DNA from: Cyanobacteria bacterium J06626_4
Lineage (GTDB): Bacteria > Cyanobacteriota > Cyanobacteriia > Phormidesmidales > Phormidesmidaceae
Direction: 5' to 3'
Assembly (NCBI GenBank): GCA_038523235.1
Contig: JBCBJQ010000029.1
Location: 1-53,349 of the forward strand
Length of the DNA stretch: 53,349 bases
Positions within the stretch are counted from its first letter, which is position 1; each line of letters starts with the position of its first letter. A program made the translations under genes and the position numbers. Below the pieces are notes generated by a model, which saw only the letters and a program-made list of their open reading frames with translations, did no database searches and had not been told where the DNA came from. Positions 22,675 through 34,376 of this stretch are shown piece after piece.

Positions 22675-24075
22675 TCACGGCTGCGCTTCCGATGTCGTCG
22701 TCATGAGCCAGTCACGACCGACCCGAATCGTGAGCTCAGATTGTAAATCGCCCGTCGAATCAGACACCACTCGGCCCAGATCCAAAATTGAGGCCATCAG
22801 CTCGGCGCTGTCGCGATCGCCCCGTTGTGCAATCACTTGAGTTCGTTGCAGTTCGCTGGGCCAGTCGGGGATGACATACACGTTGCGAAAGCCTTCTTCG
22901 CGGAGGTGATCTGCCACCTCGCGAGCGACTCGCGGCTCGCCCGACGCATTTTGAATGGCGATGGGCAGGCTGATCATCGCCGGGGTGTCGTCGTTGGACA
23001 GCAGCGCCACATTCTCCAGTTCAAAGAAACTGCTCATGACCTGCTGGGTAGCGGCCGCATCCAAAATCCAATAGCTGGCAATGTACTCATTCGGCGTGCT
23101 AAAGCGTCCTGGCAGCATGACCATCTGCAGGTTTTCAGGCTCAACTTCCATAGCGACATTGGCCAGGGCCAAAATCTCTTCTAGCGTCAGGTTGGTATCG
23201 ATATGGCGCATCATGACGCGCATCACCTGGGGCAAGCGGGGAATCACCGTCGGATGAGTCAATCGTTCGCGCAGCGCTTTCATCAGAATTTGCTGTCGCT
23301 GCACCCGACCAATGTCGCCGCTGCCGTCGCCGCGATAGCGGGCAAACTGCTCGGCCTGATCGCCGTTGAGGGTTTGCCAACCTTCTTCTAGATCAATGTA
23401 TAGCCCTTGAGTAACGTCTTGGTAAACCATGCGCTGTGGCACCATCACCTCAACCCCGCCCAACAGATCAACCAGTTCTCTCAGGGCACCGGTGCTGACT
23501 CGCACGTAGCGATCGATCGGCACGGGCCCAAAGTTGGCCTGCACAGTTTCTGCCACCAATTCAGGGCCACCGGCAAAGTTAGCATGGTTGATCTTGGCAA
23601 TGCCCTCACCAGGGATATCGACCTGGGTATCACGGGGAATTGACAGCAGCCCGACCGTATTCTCTTCGGCATTGATGCGGGCGATCAGCATTGTGTCAGA
23701 GCGCCCATCGAACAGTGTGTCCGCGTTATCTTGACCTGGTTCGGGGACATCGACCCCCATCACTAAAATGTTGACTGGGCGAGTCACCTGGTAGCGAAAG
23801 CCCGACTGCCATAAATCTGCCAGATTAAGGGGCTCCCCAACTTCCGACGAGACCCAGTCCGGCAACGGCAGAGAAGTGGCTAAGATCGCCCCGCCCAAAG
23901 CTGCCGCGATCGCGGTACTGCCAAAGACCACAGACCACCCGAGTCGCCGGCACCAGGCCTGAGCCCGATGGGTCAACGTCGGTTTAACAGCAGTGGCTGA
24001 ATTCAGGTGAGAAGCGGTCGGCGCAGAAAAATTGGCAGGAGACTGGTTTGGGGGCGGTTCTAGAGACGGCGACAT
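22675..24075 (-). CDS. LCP (LytR-CpsA-Psr) family protein with LytR_C domain
   Basis: TM helix, NILVMGVD, RSDTML, SIPRDT, ARYR..GDIGRVQRQQ, IQNASG, IRVGRDW. Confidence 0.93.
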   Translation of the reverse strand: MSPSLEPPPNQSPANFSAPTASHLNSATAVKPTLTHRAQAWCRRLGWSVVFGSTAIAAALGGAILATSLPLPDWVSSEVGEPLNLADLWQSGFRYQVTRPVNILVMGVDVPEPGQDNADTLFDGRSDTMLIARINAEENTVGLLSIPRDTQVDIPGEGIAKINHANFAGGPELVAETVQANFGPVPIDRYVRVSTGALRELVDLLGGVEVMVPQRMVYQDVTQGLYIDLEEGWQTLNGDQAEQFARYRGDGSGDIGRVQRQQILMKALRERLTHPTVIPRLPQVMRVMMRHIDTNLTLEEILALANVAMEVEPENLQMVMLPGRFSTPNEYIASYWILDAAATQQVMSSFFELENVALLSNDDTPAMISLPIAIQNASGEPRVAREVADHLREEGFRNVYVIPDWPSELQRTQVIAQRGDRDSAELMASILDLGRVVSDSTGDLQSELTIRVGRDWLMTTTSEAQP

Positions 24076-24264
24076 GGATTCTCACACTGCTTAAAACGAT
24101 TTGGGAAATCAGCACCTCGCCTAGGAGTACCCAGTCGAGCAGTTCAGAAATCATCCCCCACAGATAAACTTCCGAAATTGTAAACAAAATATTACGGCGA
24201 TTATATCCTGCTTCTAGGAGGCTTTGGGTACGATAAGGCGGACAATATTTGGAGTGTCAACCCT

Positions 24265-25329
24265 ATGCCCCCGACGGTCATCCCGGTGATTTTAGCAGGC
24301 GGAAAAGGAGAGCGGTTTTGGCCCGTCAGTCGCCGTCAGCATCCCAAACAGTTCTTGTGCTTAGACGGTAGCGGCTTCAGTCTACTGCAAGCCACCGCCA
24401 ATCGTCTGCTGCCGATGACCGAAACCTGGAACTCGCTGTGGGTGATTACAGCCGCCCATTTGGCCGACGGCATTCGGCAGCAGCTACCCGATTTGCCAGA
24501 AAGCAATCTGCTGATTGAGCCCGAGGGCAAAGACACGGCTCCGGCAGTCGCTTGGGCCACGTTAGAGGTGGCCAAACGCCACGGTGAGTCGGCGATCGCG
24601 GGCTTCTTTCCCGCCGATCATTGGATTGCGGACGAAGCAGCCTACCGACAAACGCTGGTCGCCGCCGCTCAGCTCGCCACCGAAAAATCAGCGATCGCAA
24701 CGCTAGGCATTAATCCTACCTTTCCGGCGACGGGCTACGGCTACATTGAGCAGGGGGAGGGCGCCGGCCAGTTTGACGCCTTGGCCGCTTACAAAGTAGC
24801 CCGCTTCACTGAAAAGCCGGATCAGAGTACTGCCGAGGAATTTATTGCCAGCGGTCGCTTTAGCTGGAATAGCGGCATGTTCATCTTTCCCACCGGTGTC
24901 ATGCTGCAGGAACTGGCAACCTACGCGCCAGAAATCATGCAGCCCCTGCAGGAACGGGGCGTGGATGCCTATGCTGACTTGGCTAAACTCAGCATTGATT
25001 ACGCCGTAATGGAAAAAACCGATAAATCCTTTGTCATGCCCGTTGGCTTTGGCTGGGACGATTTGGGTGATTGGAATGCGGTCGAGCGGTTGCTCCAATC
25101 GCCTGACCACCCCAATATCGAAATGGCCCAACATTTGGGGCTCGATACCACGGGTAGCATCGTCTACACTTCTGATGATGACGAACTTATCGTCACCATT
25201 GGTTTAGAAGACGTCGTTGTCGTTCGAGACGGCAACGTGACCCTCGTGGTGCACAAAAGCCGTACCCAAGACATCAAAAAAGCCGTTAAAGCGTTGGGCG
25301 CTGATCCGAACTTCAAGCACCTGCTATAG
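24265..25329 (+). CDS. manC: Mannose-1-phosphate guanylyltransferase
   Basis: ILAGGKGERFWPVSR..PKQFL, EPEGKDTAPA, PADHWI, FTEKPD, SIDYAVMEK, WDDLGDW. Confidence 0.93.
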   Translation: MPPTVIPVILAGGKGERFWPVSRRQHPKQFLCLDGSGFSLLQATANRLLPMTETWNSLWVITAAHLADGIRQQLPDLPESNLLIEPEGKDTAPAVAWATLEVAKRHGESAIAGFFPADHWIADEAAYRQTLVAAAQLATEKSAIATLGINPTFPATGYGYIEQGEGAGQFDALAAYKVARFTEKPDQSTAEEFIASGRFSWNSGMFIFPTGVMLQELATYAPEIMQPLQERGVDAYADLAKLSIDYAVMEKTDKSFVMPVGFGWDDLGDWNAVERLLQSPDHPNIEMAQHLGLDTTGSIVYTSDDDELIVTIGLEDVVVVRDGNVTLVVHKSRTQDIKKAVKALGADPNFKHLL

Positions 25330-25569
25330 GTCCTTGGCGATGGATTTTAGCGGTTCATCGGCAACTCGCTGACGGAGGGCGGATTGCGAGTGGATTCATC
25401 AACGCGAAGATCACGCCCGTCATGGGACTCTATCGGGCGCTTTAGGAATGAGGCTCACCAGTTGTGTGGTCACGAGTACATCCCCAACCGTCCCCCCCTT
25501 TAGCGGTGGATGCCTGCCACGGTTACGATGCCCCCTCATTTTTGATGCCCTTCACGGTGAACCCAACTG

Positions 25570-26307
25570 ATGCCCCCACTCTTTGCGTCCAACTCACTGC
25601 GATCGCTCCAATTGCTTCGGTCGGATCTGCCGACCAGCTGTCGCCGACTGGGCCTGTTGACTAGCAGCCTTTGTCTAGTATTGGCGGCCTGTAGCCGAGA
25701 GGTGCCGGTGGCGAGCCCTGACCCTGAAGCGCCATTGCCAGTCGCCACTCAAGACTTTGAGGCTGCACCACCGCCACCGCCACAGTCCGCTTTCATCGCC
25801 GCCATCACCCCTGAGCAATCGGCTCAAATCAAAGCTTTGGATGTGCCCTTTGTCTTACCGACGGCGATTCCTGCGGGCTTTTTGGTCGAACAGGTCAATG
25901 TCACTCAGGACGAACGCTTTGCGAGCTATCAGCTTTTGTATCGCGATGCGGGCGATCGCTGCTTCGTCATCGAACATACTGCTGGCGGCATCGGCGGCAC
26001 TCCCGCCACCGAGAATCGGGTGTCGGTCAATCCGCCGGCGATTAGTGATGCCGCCGACTATGGGCTCAACTATGGCAGCTACACGGCACCCGACCTCAAG
26101 GCTCAGTTTCCCGAGCCCAACCTGAGCAGCGACTGGCTGCCGATCGCCACGGGGTTTTATCGCTTTGCGGGAGCCGCTTACATCAACAACGCTTTGGCGG
26201 TCGCTTCCCCCTGCGAAAATATTTCTGTAGACGAAGCCGTAACGGTAATTGAGTCTCTCGCGCTGATCAGCCCTGAGATTCAAGGCGACAGTGCACTGCC
26301 AGAATGA
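25570..26307 (+). CDS. Hypothetical lipoprotein
   Basis: Lipobox VLAAC, Pro-rich linker, globular domain with two Cys. Confidence 0.7.
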   Translation: MPPLFASNSLRSLQLLRSDLPTSCRRLGLLTSSLCLVLAACSREVPVASPDPEAPLPVATQDFEAAPPPPPQSAFIAAITPEQSAQIKALDVPFVLPTAIPAGFLVEQVNVTQDERFASYQLLYRDAGDRCFVIEHTAGGIGGTPATENRVSVNPPAISDAADYGLNYGSYTAPDLKAQFPEPNLSSDWLPIATGFYRFAGAAYINNALAVASPCENISVDEAVTVIESLALISPEIQGDSALPE

Positions 26308-26379
26308 AGGGCGATCGCCCGGCAGCGGTATCCATCCAAATATCCACCGCCAACGTTGCTGTCAGCCCACGAAGGTGGG

Positions 26380-27297
26380 TCAATTGCGGTGATTATTGTC
26401 ATAGCGGATGCGCGCACCGGCCCACTGCAGTTTGCTGCGCAGCGTGCGGTAGTAAGAATAGTGCTTGGCCAAGATAATAAATGCTGACCAACAGTGAGCC
26501 ATGCGAATGTCTACCCGCTGTCCCGGCAGCACTGAGGTGGCCAGCACGCCATCCATCCAGAGCTTAGTCGTGTGCTCTGGATCGGCCAGCGGCCAAACGC
26601 TCACGACACAGCCCGGCGGCAGCACAATCGGCCGACTCGACAAACTCAGGGGACAGATCGGCGTGACAATCAGCGCATCCATGCCGGGATGCACGATGGG
26701 GCCGTTCGCCGCCACGGTGTAGCCGGTTGAGCCAGTCGGGGTGCTGACCAGCAGACCATCGCCCTGATACTGATCGACCACCTCGCCGTCAATTTCCATT
26801 TCTAAAATGGAGGTAATCATCCGATTCGGCGAGGCGGGCTTGACGCACATCTCGTTCAAGGCCAGATAGTCGTCACTAACGGGTTCTAAATTTGTGCGGT
26901 GGCCTTCAAAGACCTGCCCGCGCAGCATCATCCGCCGCTGCACGGCAAAGCGATCGCTCAGCAGTCGCTCCCAGATATGTTCAAAATCCGTCTCTTCTGG
27001 CGACTCGGTGAGAAAGCCCAAATGCCCGCCAATATTGATCGCCAAGATGGGAATATTCTCTGGGGAAAGATGCCGCGCCGCTGCCAAAGCAGTGCCATCG
27101 CCCCCGAGCACGATGGCGAGATCAATTTTTTCCGCCGCCGAAGCGAGAAATACCGGATACGGATTATCCTTCGGCCCGCTCGGCCCGACCAGAGTTTGAC
27201 AACCCAAACGAGCCAACTGCTCAGCACATAGCTCAGCGCGCGTTTGACTGAGCCGGTTGCCGGACTTGTAGGCAATGATGACCTGATTTAGCTGCAC
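26380..27297 (-). CDS. nadK: NAD(+) kinase
   Basis: GGDGT, GHLGFL, ALNE, DGLLVSTPTGSTGY. Confidence 0.94.
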   Translation of the reverse strand: MQLNQVIIAYKSGNRLSQTRAELCAEQLARLGCQTLVGPSGPKDNPYPVFLASAAEKIDLAIVLGGDGTALAAARHLSPENIPILAINIGGHLGFLTESPEETDFEHIWERLLSDRFAVQRRMMLRGQVFEGHRTNLEPVSDDYLALNEMCVKPASPNRMITSILEMEIDGEVVDQYQGDGLLVSTPTGSTGYTVAANGPIVHPGMDALIVTPICPLSLSSRPIVLPPGCVVSVWPLADPEHTTKLWMDGVLATSVLPGQRVDIRMAHCWSAFIILAKHYSYYRTLRSKLQWAGARIRYDNNHRN

Positions 27298-27370
27298 AGC
27301 CGAGCGATCGCTCCCAAAAACTTCTCCCTCATTCTACGGATGAAGCCTGGGTTTACTCGCCTGATCTGGC

Positions 27371-27679
27371 CTACCACTTCAGTAGATTAAAGGCTTCCAT
27401 ATCAACGGTGTCGCGATTACGGTAAATGGCCAGAATGATCGCTAGGCCCACCGCTGACTCAGCCGCTGCGATCGAAATCACAAACACGGCAAAAGCTTGG
27501 CCGGTCGCAGTCGCCGGGTCAAGATAGTTGGAAAACGCCATCAGATTGAGGTTGACTGCGTTGAGCAGCAGCTCAATCGACATCAACACGCGAATCACGT
27601 TACGGCTGGTGACCAGGCCATAAATGCCAATACAAAACAGCGCCGCTGCTAATAGAAGGTAATACTCTAAAGGAATCAT
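27371..27679 (-). CDS. ndhE: NDH-1 subunit 4L (NuoK)
   Basis: [38 protein letters not shown]. Confidence 0.97.
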   Translation of the reverse strand: MIPLEYYLLLAAALFCIGIYGLVTSRNVIRVLMSIELLLNAVNLNLMAFSNYLDPATATGQAFAVFVISIAAAESAVGLAIILAIYRNRDTVDMEAFNLLKW

Positions 27680-27733
27680 GTTTTAGAAGCGTAAATGTCC
27701 GTTACCCAGTGTGCATCGCCTTTCGACTGGCGC

Positions 27734-28345
27734 TTAGTCCTCGGTGGTCTCGCCCGTTGCCGACACCAGTTCGCGCGGGCGCTCAGGTAGCGTCAACGCA
27801 TCCGACACCGCATCAGCCGGTGTTTCGTCCGGAATAAATTCTCGACGAGCCAGCACAATGGCACCAATCATGGCCATCAGCAGCAAGATCGACGCGAGTT
27901 CAAACGGCAACAAAAAGTCAGTGAACAGGTGGATGCCAATCAGCACTGTGGCTTGGTCGCCAGCCGGTACGGCAGACGAAATTTGCCAGGAGGTACCAAA
28001 AACCACGGTCGCGAGCAAAGCGAACAAGCCCAGACAAACCCCCCCCGTGGCCAATAGGCGAATCCACCCCCGGCGAACCGGCGAAAAGGGCTGATTTTTG
28101 TTGACCAACATAATCCCAAACAGGATCAGGATGTTAACGGCACCGACATAGATCAAAATCTGAGCCGCCGCGACAAACCCGGCATTGAGCAGCACATATA
28201 GACCGGCAATGCTGATGAAAACGCCCCCCAGCAAAAACGCTGAGTAAACAATGTTGGGTAGTAGGACGACTCCTAAAGCCGTGCCAATAACCATGATGGC
28301 TAACAAGCCAAACGATACTAGTTGAACTCCTTCAGCAAGTGTCAC
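27734..28345 (-). CDS. ndhG: NDH-1 subunit 6 (NuoJ)
   Basis: NIVYSAFLLGGVF, AAAQILIYVGAVN, LLPFELAS. Confidence 0.97.
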   Translation of the reverse strand: MTLAEGVQLVSFGLLAIMVIGTALGVVLLPNIVYSAFLLGGVFISIAGLYVLLNAGFVAAAQILIYVGAVNILILFGIMLVNKNQPFSPVRRGWIRLLATGGVCLGLFALLATVVFGTSWQISSAVPAGDQATVLIGIHLFTDFLLPFELASILLLMAMIGAIVLARREFIPDETPADAVSDALTLPERPRELVSATGETTED

Positions 28346-28408
28346 AGTGGTGACTCCATATCGACAGCATCTGAGGCATCAAAACAAAATAGGCAGGGAA
28401 AACTCGAC

Positions 28409-29014
28409 TTAATCGGCAGCCTTTTCGGCCGCAGGCTGAGATTCCGCCAGAATTTCTTCGGGCAGTTTACCGGCTCGCCGAGACCCAGCAGGCAACTCGT
28501 GGGGATCGATCACGCCATCAGGGAGATAAGCAAACTCCCGCAGGGGCGTCACCATCGGGTCTTGGGTCACCTTGTAGGGCAACCGTCCCATGGCCACGTT
28601 GTCGTAATTTAATTCATGGCGATCGTAGGCAGCCATCTCATACTCTTCAGTCATTGAGAGGCAGTTAGTCGGGCAATATTCCACACAATTGCCACAAAAA
28701 ATGCAGACACCAAAATCAATGCTGTAGTGATTCAGAGTCTTTTTCTTAGTGGCTTTGTCAAAGTCCCAATCCACGACCGGCAGGTTGATGGGGCAAACCC
28801 GCACGCAAACCTCGCAAGAAATGCACTTATCGAACTCAAAGTGAATTCGCCCCCGATACCGCTCAGAGGGAATGACCTTTTCGTAGGGATACTGCACCGT
28901 CACCGGGCGACGACTCATGTGGTCAAAGGTCACAGACAGCCCCTGACCGATATATTTGGCGGCTTGTACGCTTTCTTTGGCGTAATCACCAACCTGCTTT
29001 AGAAAGTTCAGCAT
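28409..29014 (-). CDS. ndhI: NDH-1 subunit I (2x[4Fe-4S])
   Basis: [12 protein letters not shown] and [12 protein letters not shown]. Confidence 0.97.
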   Translation of the reverse strand: MLNFLKQVGDYAKESVQAAKYIGQGLSVTFDHMSRRPVTVQYPYEKVIPSERYRGRIHFEFDKCISCEVCVRVCPINLPVVDWDFDKATKKKTLNHYSIDFGVCIFCGNCVEYCPTNCLSMTEEYEMAAYDRHELNYDNVAMGRLPYKVTQDPMVTPLREFAYLPDGVIDPHELPAGSRRAGKLPEEILAESQPAAEKAAD

Positions 29015-29066
29015 GGGTGTGTTTACTGTGGGTTACTACAAATAATCGCAAATCGTGAGCGGAAAT

Positions 29067-30185
29067 CTATCCCCCAAAGGCCACAGGGAAAGTGATTTTC
29101 AACGCCGCTGTCAACAGGAGGTTAACGAGCGACACGGGTAGCAGAAATTTCCAACCCAAATCGAGTAATTGGTCAATGCGCACCCGAGGCACCGTCCAGC
29201 GCAACAAAACAGCCAAAAAGACCAGCAAATAAGCCTTGATCACCGTCATCATGATGCCGATCGCGGCAGTAATCACCTGCAGCCAGGGCGTCGTCTCACT
29301 GACATGCAGCAGGCTAGCCAGCCAGCTTACCGAGACCGGAAACTCCCATCCCCCCAAGTACAGAACTGAGAAGATCAGCGCCGACAGCACCAAGTTGACG
29401 TAAGAGCCGACATAAAAGAGGCCAAACTTCATGCCGGTATATTCGGTTTGGTATCCCGCCACCAGCTCTTCCTCAGCTTCTGGCAGGTCAAACGGGAGAC
29501 GCTCACATTCGGCCAATGCGGCTACCCAAAAGATCAAAAAGCCTACCGGCTGCCGCCAGACATTCCACCCGAGAATGCCGTATTGGGCCTGCTGTTCAAC
29601 AATATCAATTGTGCTAAGGCTGTTGGACATCATGACAATCGCTAGCACTGATAGGGCTAGCGGAATCTCATAACTGATCGATTGTGCTGCCGCCCGCAGC
29701 CCGCCCAGCAACGAATATTTGTTGTTGGAGGAATAGCCCGACATCAACAACCCAATGGGAGTAATGCTGGACAACGCAATCCATAAAAAGATCCCCACAC
29801 CGATGTCGGTGATGACCATATTTTGGCCAAAGGGAACGATGAGATAAGACAGAAATACCGGAATTACGACTAAGGCTGGCCCCAGAGTAAACAAGATCGG
29901 GTCAGCCTTAGACGGCACAATGTCTTCCTTAAACAGCAGCTTGATGCCATCGGCGGCGGCCTGCAAAGTACCTAAAGGACCGGCATACTCGGGGCCAATT
30001 CTCTGTTGGGCTGCTGCCGAAATTTTTCGTTCTAACCACACTGTCACAAAAATGCTGACAGTCGCTGCAATCAAGATCAGCGTCATTGGCAGCGGCAGCC
30101 AGATCGCCCGAGCTGCTCCAGACGGTAATCCAAGCTGAGTCAAAAGCTCAACAAAACTTCTTTGGAGATCAATTCCCTGGCCCAT
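29067..30185 (-). CDS. ndhA: NDH-1 subunit 1 (NuoH)
   Basis: [51 protein letters not shown]. Confidence 0.97.
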   Translation of the reverse strand: MGQGIDLQRSFVELLTQLGLPSGAARAIWLPLPMTLILIAATVSIFVTVWLERKISAAAQQRIGPEYAGPLGTLQAAADGIKLLFKEDIVPSKADPILFTLGPALVVIPVFLSYLIVPFGQNMVITDIGVGIFLWIALSSITPIGLLMSGYSSNNKYSLLGGLRAAAQSISYEIPLALSVLAIVMMSNSLSTIDIVEQQAQYGILGWNVWRQPVGFLIFWVAALAECERLPFDLPEAEEELVAGYQTEYTGMKFGLFYVGSYVNLVLSALIFSVLYLGGWEFPVSVSWLASLLHVSETTPWLQVITAAIGIMMTVIKAYLLVFLAVLLRWTVPRVRIDQLLDLGWKFLLPVSLVNLLLTAALKITFPVAFGG

Positions 30186-30557
30186 GCAAAAGCCTCAAGA
30201 TATCAGCGATAGGTAAGCATTTCGTCACCGTGATCAGTATATCGCTCGGATGCCCCGCCACAACCCTTTCCTGATAGGAAGTTCTGCCTTTGGGTATAGA
30301 GATGGCTCATCAGTCTCTGGGGCCATCAATCGGTCTTTAAAGGCGGTGATGCGGGCAGCTAATTGAATGATTGCAACGCATCCCTGGCAATTGTCAGGCA
30401 TCATTGCGCCGCACTCGCAGATCTCTGAACCCAGCCAACCCAATCGTTTCCAGGGGGCAAAAAGTAGGTCAACCAAGCGAATAGTTCATGCGAACTGTTT
30501 CATGTATTCTGACCCTAGTGCTTCGATATCGAGCCCATTTCTGGCAGGAATTTAACG

Positions 30558-30944
30558 ATGAATCCTTTTGAACAGCATGGTGCTTTTAGTTGGTGTGAGC
30601 TCATCACCCCGGATGTGCCTGCCGCCCGTAATTTCTACAGTCAGCTGATGGGCTGGCATTTGAAGGAAGGCCCCGTAGCGGGTGTGCCTTACACCGTGAT
30701 TGAGGTAGCTGGCAAAGAGATTGGCGGCATGACTCCCCCACCTCCCAATCAGCCCAATATGCCGCCAATGTGGGGAGCCTACATCACTGTAGAAGATGTC
30801 AAAACAACGGCTGAGCAAGCCGAAGCCTTGGGGGGCAAGGTGCTGATTCCACCCATGCAAGTAGAAACGGTCGGTCAATTTGCCCTGATTCAAGATCCAC
30901 AAGGAGCCACCTTTTGCGTGATTGAGTATAGTTCGCCCAGCTAG
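30558..30944 (+). CDS. VOC family (bleomycin-resistance/CFP32-like) protein
   Basis: GAFSWCELITPD, FYSQLMGW, GGKVL, IQDPQGA. Confidence 0.88.
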   Translation: MNPFEQHGAFSWCELITPDVPAARNFYSQLMGWHLKEGPVAGVPYTVIEVAGKEIGGMTPPPPNQPNMPPMWGAYITVEDVKTTAEQAEALGGKVLIPPMQVETVGQFALIQDPQGATFCVIEYSSPS

Positions 30945-31062
30945 CCGGGCCTGTGTTGCCGAATAATCTTAGGGGATCTTTGAAGCTGATAAGAGAGGGC
31001 AAGAGTCTGGATCTTTCTGGCTTTCTTAACTTGTTCCAGCTTTAGGGGCTGATTTCGTTCCG

Positions 31063-31068
31063 TATAAT
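31063..31068 (+). promoter_or_regulatory. Candidate -10 box for trpB
   Basis: Perfect TATAAT about 30 nt upstream of the ATG. Confidence 0.45.
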
Positions 31069-31097
31069 GGGGGCGAATCGCTGTTAACCTTCGCTGA

Positions 31098-32375
31098 ATG
31101 CCCGTGACCCAGACGCCTATTTCACCTTCGGTTTCCACCCCAAATTCTGCCGATCAGCCACTCGAGATCGCGGCGCGGCCCGATCCCCTGGGTCGCTTTG
31201 GTCAATTTGGCGGTAAGTACGTTCCCGAAACGCTGATGCCCGCCTTGGCTGAGTTTGAAGCCGCCTATTATCGCTATCGCGATAATCCTGACTTCAAAGC
31301 AGAGCTAGCAGGACTGCTGAAGGACTATGTCGGTCGCGCGACCCCACTTTATTTTGCCGAGCGGTTGACGGCTCATTATGCTCGACCTGACGGCAGCGGC
31401 CCTCAGATCTATTTGAAGCGAGAAGATCTGAATCATACGGGAGCCCACAAAATTAACAACGCCCTCGGCCAAGTGCTGCTGGCAAAGCGCATGGGTAAGG
31501 CTCGCGTCATTGCGGAAACTGGGGCGGGGCAACATGGCGTCGCGACTGCGACTGTCTGTGCGCGGTTTGGCATTAAGTGCGTCATTTATATGGGCGTACA
31601 AGATATGGAACGGCAGGCGCTGAACGTTTTTCGGATGCGCCTGATGGGGGCAGAGGTGAGCCCGGTGACAGCCGGGACCGGCACGTTGAAAGACGCCACG
31701 TCGGAAGCAATTCGCGACTGGGTGACCAATGTTGAAACCACCCACTACATTTTGGGGTCAGTCGCCGGACCGCATCCCTATCCGATGGTGGTACGTGACT
31801 TTCATGCGGTAATTGGTCAAGAAACCCGCGCTCAATGCCTCGAAAAGTGGAACGGTCTACCGGATGTGTTGTTGGCCTGCGTGGGCGGGGGCTCTAACGC
31901 GATGGGGCTGTTTCACGACTTTATTGAGGAGACCTCGGTGCGCATGATTGGCGTGGAGGCTGAAGGTGAAGGGGTACTGTCGGGCAAACATGCCGCGACG
32001 CTTACCCAAGGCCGGGTCGGCGTTCTACATGGCGCGATGAGCTATTTGCTACAGGACGAAAACGGTCAAGTGCAGGAAGCGCATTCCATCAGTGCCGGTC
32101 TGGATTATCCGGGGGTGGGCCCCGAACACAGTTACCTCAAAGAGATTGGTCGCGCTGAATATTACAGCGTGACGGATCAGCAGGCTTTGACAGCGCTCCA
32201 GTTGGTGTCGCAACTAGAGGGGATTATTCCGGCGTTGGAAACAGCGCACGCCTTTGCTTATTTAGACACCCTATGCCCTGAACTTTCGGCGAACGAGCGT
32301 ATCGTCATTAACTGCTCGGGTCGGGGCGACAAAGACGTACAGACCGTGGCCAAAGCATTGGGCAATCTATCGTGA
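31098..32375 (+). CDS. trpB: Tryptophan synthase beta chain
   Basis: [54 protein letters not shown]. Confidence 0.98.
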   Translation: MPVTQTPISPSVSTPNSADQPLEIAARPDPLGRFGQFGGKYVPETLMPALAEFEAAYYRYRDNPDFKAELAGLLKDYVGRATPLYFAERLTAHYARPDGSGPQIYLKREDLNHTGAHKINNALGQVLLAKRMGKARVIAETGAGQHGVATATVCARFGIKCVIYMGVQDMERQALNVFRMRLMGAEVSPVTAGTGTLKDATSEAIRDWVTNVETTHYILGSVAGPHPYPMVVRDFHAVIGQETRAQCLEKWNGLPDVLLACVGGGSNAMGLFHDFIEETSVRMIGVEAEGEGVLSGKHAATLTQGRVGVLHGAMSYLLQDENGQVQEAHSISAGLDYPGVGPEHSYLKEIGRAEYYSVTDQQALTALQLVSQLEGIIPALETAHAFAYLDTLCPELSANERIVINCSGRGDKDVQTVAKALGNLS

Positions 32376-33013
32376 GTGAGCTGCTCTCGCCGGAACAATT
32401 TGAGGTGTGTGATCGCGACCTATCGGCTGAGCTGCTACAGCGATACCTGACAGCGAGTGCGATCGCCGTGGATACGGAAACAATGGGGCTGCTGCCCTGG
32501 CGCGATCGGCTCTGCCTGGTGCAGCTTTGTGATGAAGCCGGTTATGTCTCCGTCGTCAGGATTGAGTTGGGCCAAACCTCAGCCCCCAACCTCAAAACCT
32601 TGATGGAAGCCCCATCAGCCGAAAAAATCTTTCACTTTGCCCGGTTCGATTTAGCCACCCTGCGCCATCACTTGGGTATTCAGGTGGCCCCGGTATTTTG
32701 CACCAAAATTGCGAGTAAATTAAGCCGCACCTACAGTCCTCGCCATGGCCTGAAGGAACTGGTGCGCGAGATCTCCAGCGTCGAGCTAGACAAAACTCAG
32801 CAAAGCTCTGACTGGGGCAATGCGATGAACCTCTCAGAGGAACAGTTGCGGTATGCCGCCAATGATGTACGCTACCTGCACGAAATTCGGCAATCCTTAA
32901 TCGAGATGCTCAAGCGAGAAGGTCGATGGCAACTGGCCAGGGAATGCTTCAGCTGCCTACCAACCTTCGTCACCCTTGACCTGCTGCAATACTCCAATGT
33001 GTTTGAGCATTAA
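32372..33013 (+). CDS. rnd: Ribonuclease D-like 3'-5' exonuclease
   Basis: [43 protein letters not shown] overlap with trpB. Confidence 0.88.
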   Translation: MSELLSPEQFEVCDRDLSAELLQRYLTASAIAVDTETMGLLPWRDRLCLVQLCDEAGYVSVVRIELGQTSAPNLKTLMEAPSAEKIFHFARFDLATLRHHLGIQVAPVFCTKIASKLSRTYSPRHGLKELVREISSVELDKTQQSSDWGNAMNLSEEQLRYAANDVRYLHEIRQSLIEMLKREGRWQLARECFSCLPTFVTLDLLQYSNVFEH

Positions 33014-33074
33014 ACTCGAGCGCTGGCTGTCATCGTCTCAAAGCCTAGGACGGTGACAGTCAGCGAAGCCAACC

Positions 33075-33455
33075 TTACAAGGCGACAGACAAAGCACCGG
33101 CCTCAGTTTGAAAGCCTGCTGCTTTCCAAGCCGCGACTCCGCCCCGCAGAACCGATACCTTTTGATAACCCGCTGCGCGCAGAGCATCAGCAGCCGTAGT
33201 CGCTTCTTCGTCAGTGCTGGCGTAGATGTAGAGATCGCGATCGCATTCCAGAGTAGCTTGAATGCGCTCAATCAACTCTTCCATCGGCAGCGAAATTGCG
33301 CCCATCACATGACGCTCGTTGAACAAATCGCGATCGCGGATATCGATGATGGTCAGCGCCGGTTCGCCCCAATCTAGCCGTGCTTTTAAGTCATAAACAC
33401 GAGCGGTCTCCTGCATCGGAGCTGGCTTAGGAAAAATACCAAGAAAACGTTTCAT
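33075..33455 (-). CDS. Single-domain rhodanese-like protein, apparently lacking the active-site Cys
   Basis: LKARLDWGEPALTIIDIR, HVMGA, LRGGVAAW; loop reads LYIYAST. Confidence 0.88.
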   Translation of the reverse strand: MKRFLGIFPKPAPMQETARVYDLKARLDWGEPALTIIDIRDRDLFNERHVMGAISLPMEELIERIQATLECDRDLYIYASTDEEATTAADALRAAGYQKVSVLRGGVAAWKAAGFQTEAGALSVAL

Positions 33456-33635
33456 AATGGGAAAACCCCTGCGCCAATGGCACTTAAGTGTGAGCTAGCT
33501 GCAACTTAACAAAACTTTTAGATTCTCGCAAAGTTATATTGCGCTCATTGATTGGGGTCGTGGCTGAAACCCTTTGGTCAAAGGCTCTATAGGAACTATA
33601 AAGAAAATTGATGTCCATGGGGGATGGCGGCATCA

Positions 33636-34019
33636 CTACAACTCCATCCAGGATTGGGGCAGCAGTTCTCCCAAAGCGATCGCCTGAGAGTCACTCAGCC
33701 AGACACGGGTGTGACGATTAGCGCGGTCAACCTGCATCATCAACTCTCGACAGCGGCCACAAGGCGGCACAATGCCATCCGCTCTTAACGCCACAATGGA
33801 CTCGATCACCGTCTCGCGAGCTTTGAGCATATCGGCGATCGCAGCGTGTTCGGCACAAAATCCGATGCCGCAGGCCAGATCTAAACAAACGCCGCTGTAG
33901 ACATGGCCCAATGGCGTGAGCAAAGCAGCACTGACCGAGCCAGCGGTCAGCCAATCCTGGGAGAGCGAAAACTGTCCTAAAAGGCGGCTAGCTTCTTGCA
34001 TCAACCGTTTATCCACCAT
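33636..34019 (-). CDS. Cytidine deaminase family protein (Cys3-Zn, tetrameric type)
   Basis: CAEHAAI and PPCGRCRE. Confidence 0.88.
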   Translation of the reverse strand: MVDKRLMQEASRLLGQFSLSQDWLTAGSVSAALLTPLGHVYSGVCLDLACGIGFCAEHAAIADMLKARETVIESIVALRADGIVPPCGRCRELMMQVDRANRHTRVWLSDSQAIALGELLPQSWMEL

Positions 34020-34205
34020 TTGCTCAAGCGGCGATAGAACTTCTGAATCCTGATCTTTGGGGTCATTCTAGACAACAGTCAACCTTGCTAACGATCCGGT
34101 GAGTTCAGCAGTCCTCATCCTTTTGACTGATAATCCTGAGAAGAATGGCAAAAACATTGCAGGCTTGTTACATTAACAACAATAAAATTAATAAGGCTTT
34201 TTCAC

Positions 34206-34376
34206 ATGAATGGTTCCTCCCCCAGATCCCATCAGGAAAATGTGGCCCAAGTCAAGGTGGCTGTGCTGGCAGACAGTCAACGCCAAAACCAGCTTTTCTC
34301 GCAGCGATCGAGCGATCTAGTTTTCGGTTTGGTGGCATTGGCGTCGGCTTGTTCGCTGTACTTGCTAGTGCGCTAG
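34206..34376 (+). CDS. Putative 56-aa protein with C-terminal TM helix (below the ORF-track cutoff)
   Basis: Manual translation MNGSSPRSHQENVAQVKVAVLADSQRQNQLFSQRSSDLVFGLVALASACSLYLLVR*; AT-rich promoter-like DNA upstream. Confidence 0.4.
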   Translation: MNGSSPRSHQENVAQVKVAVLADSQRQNQLFSQRSSDLVFGLVALASACSLYLLVR

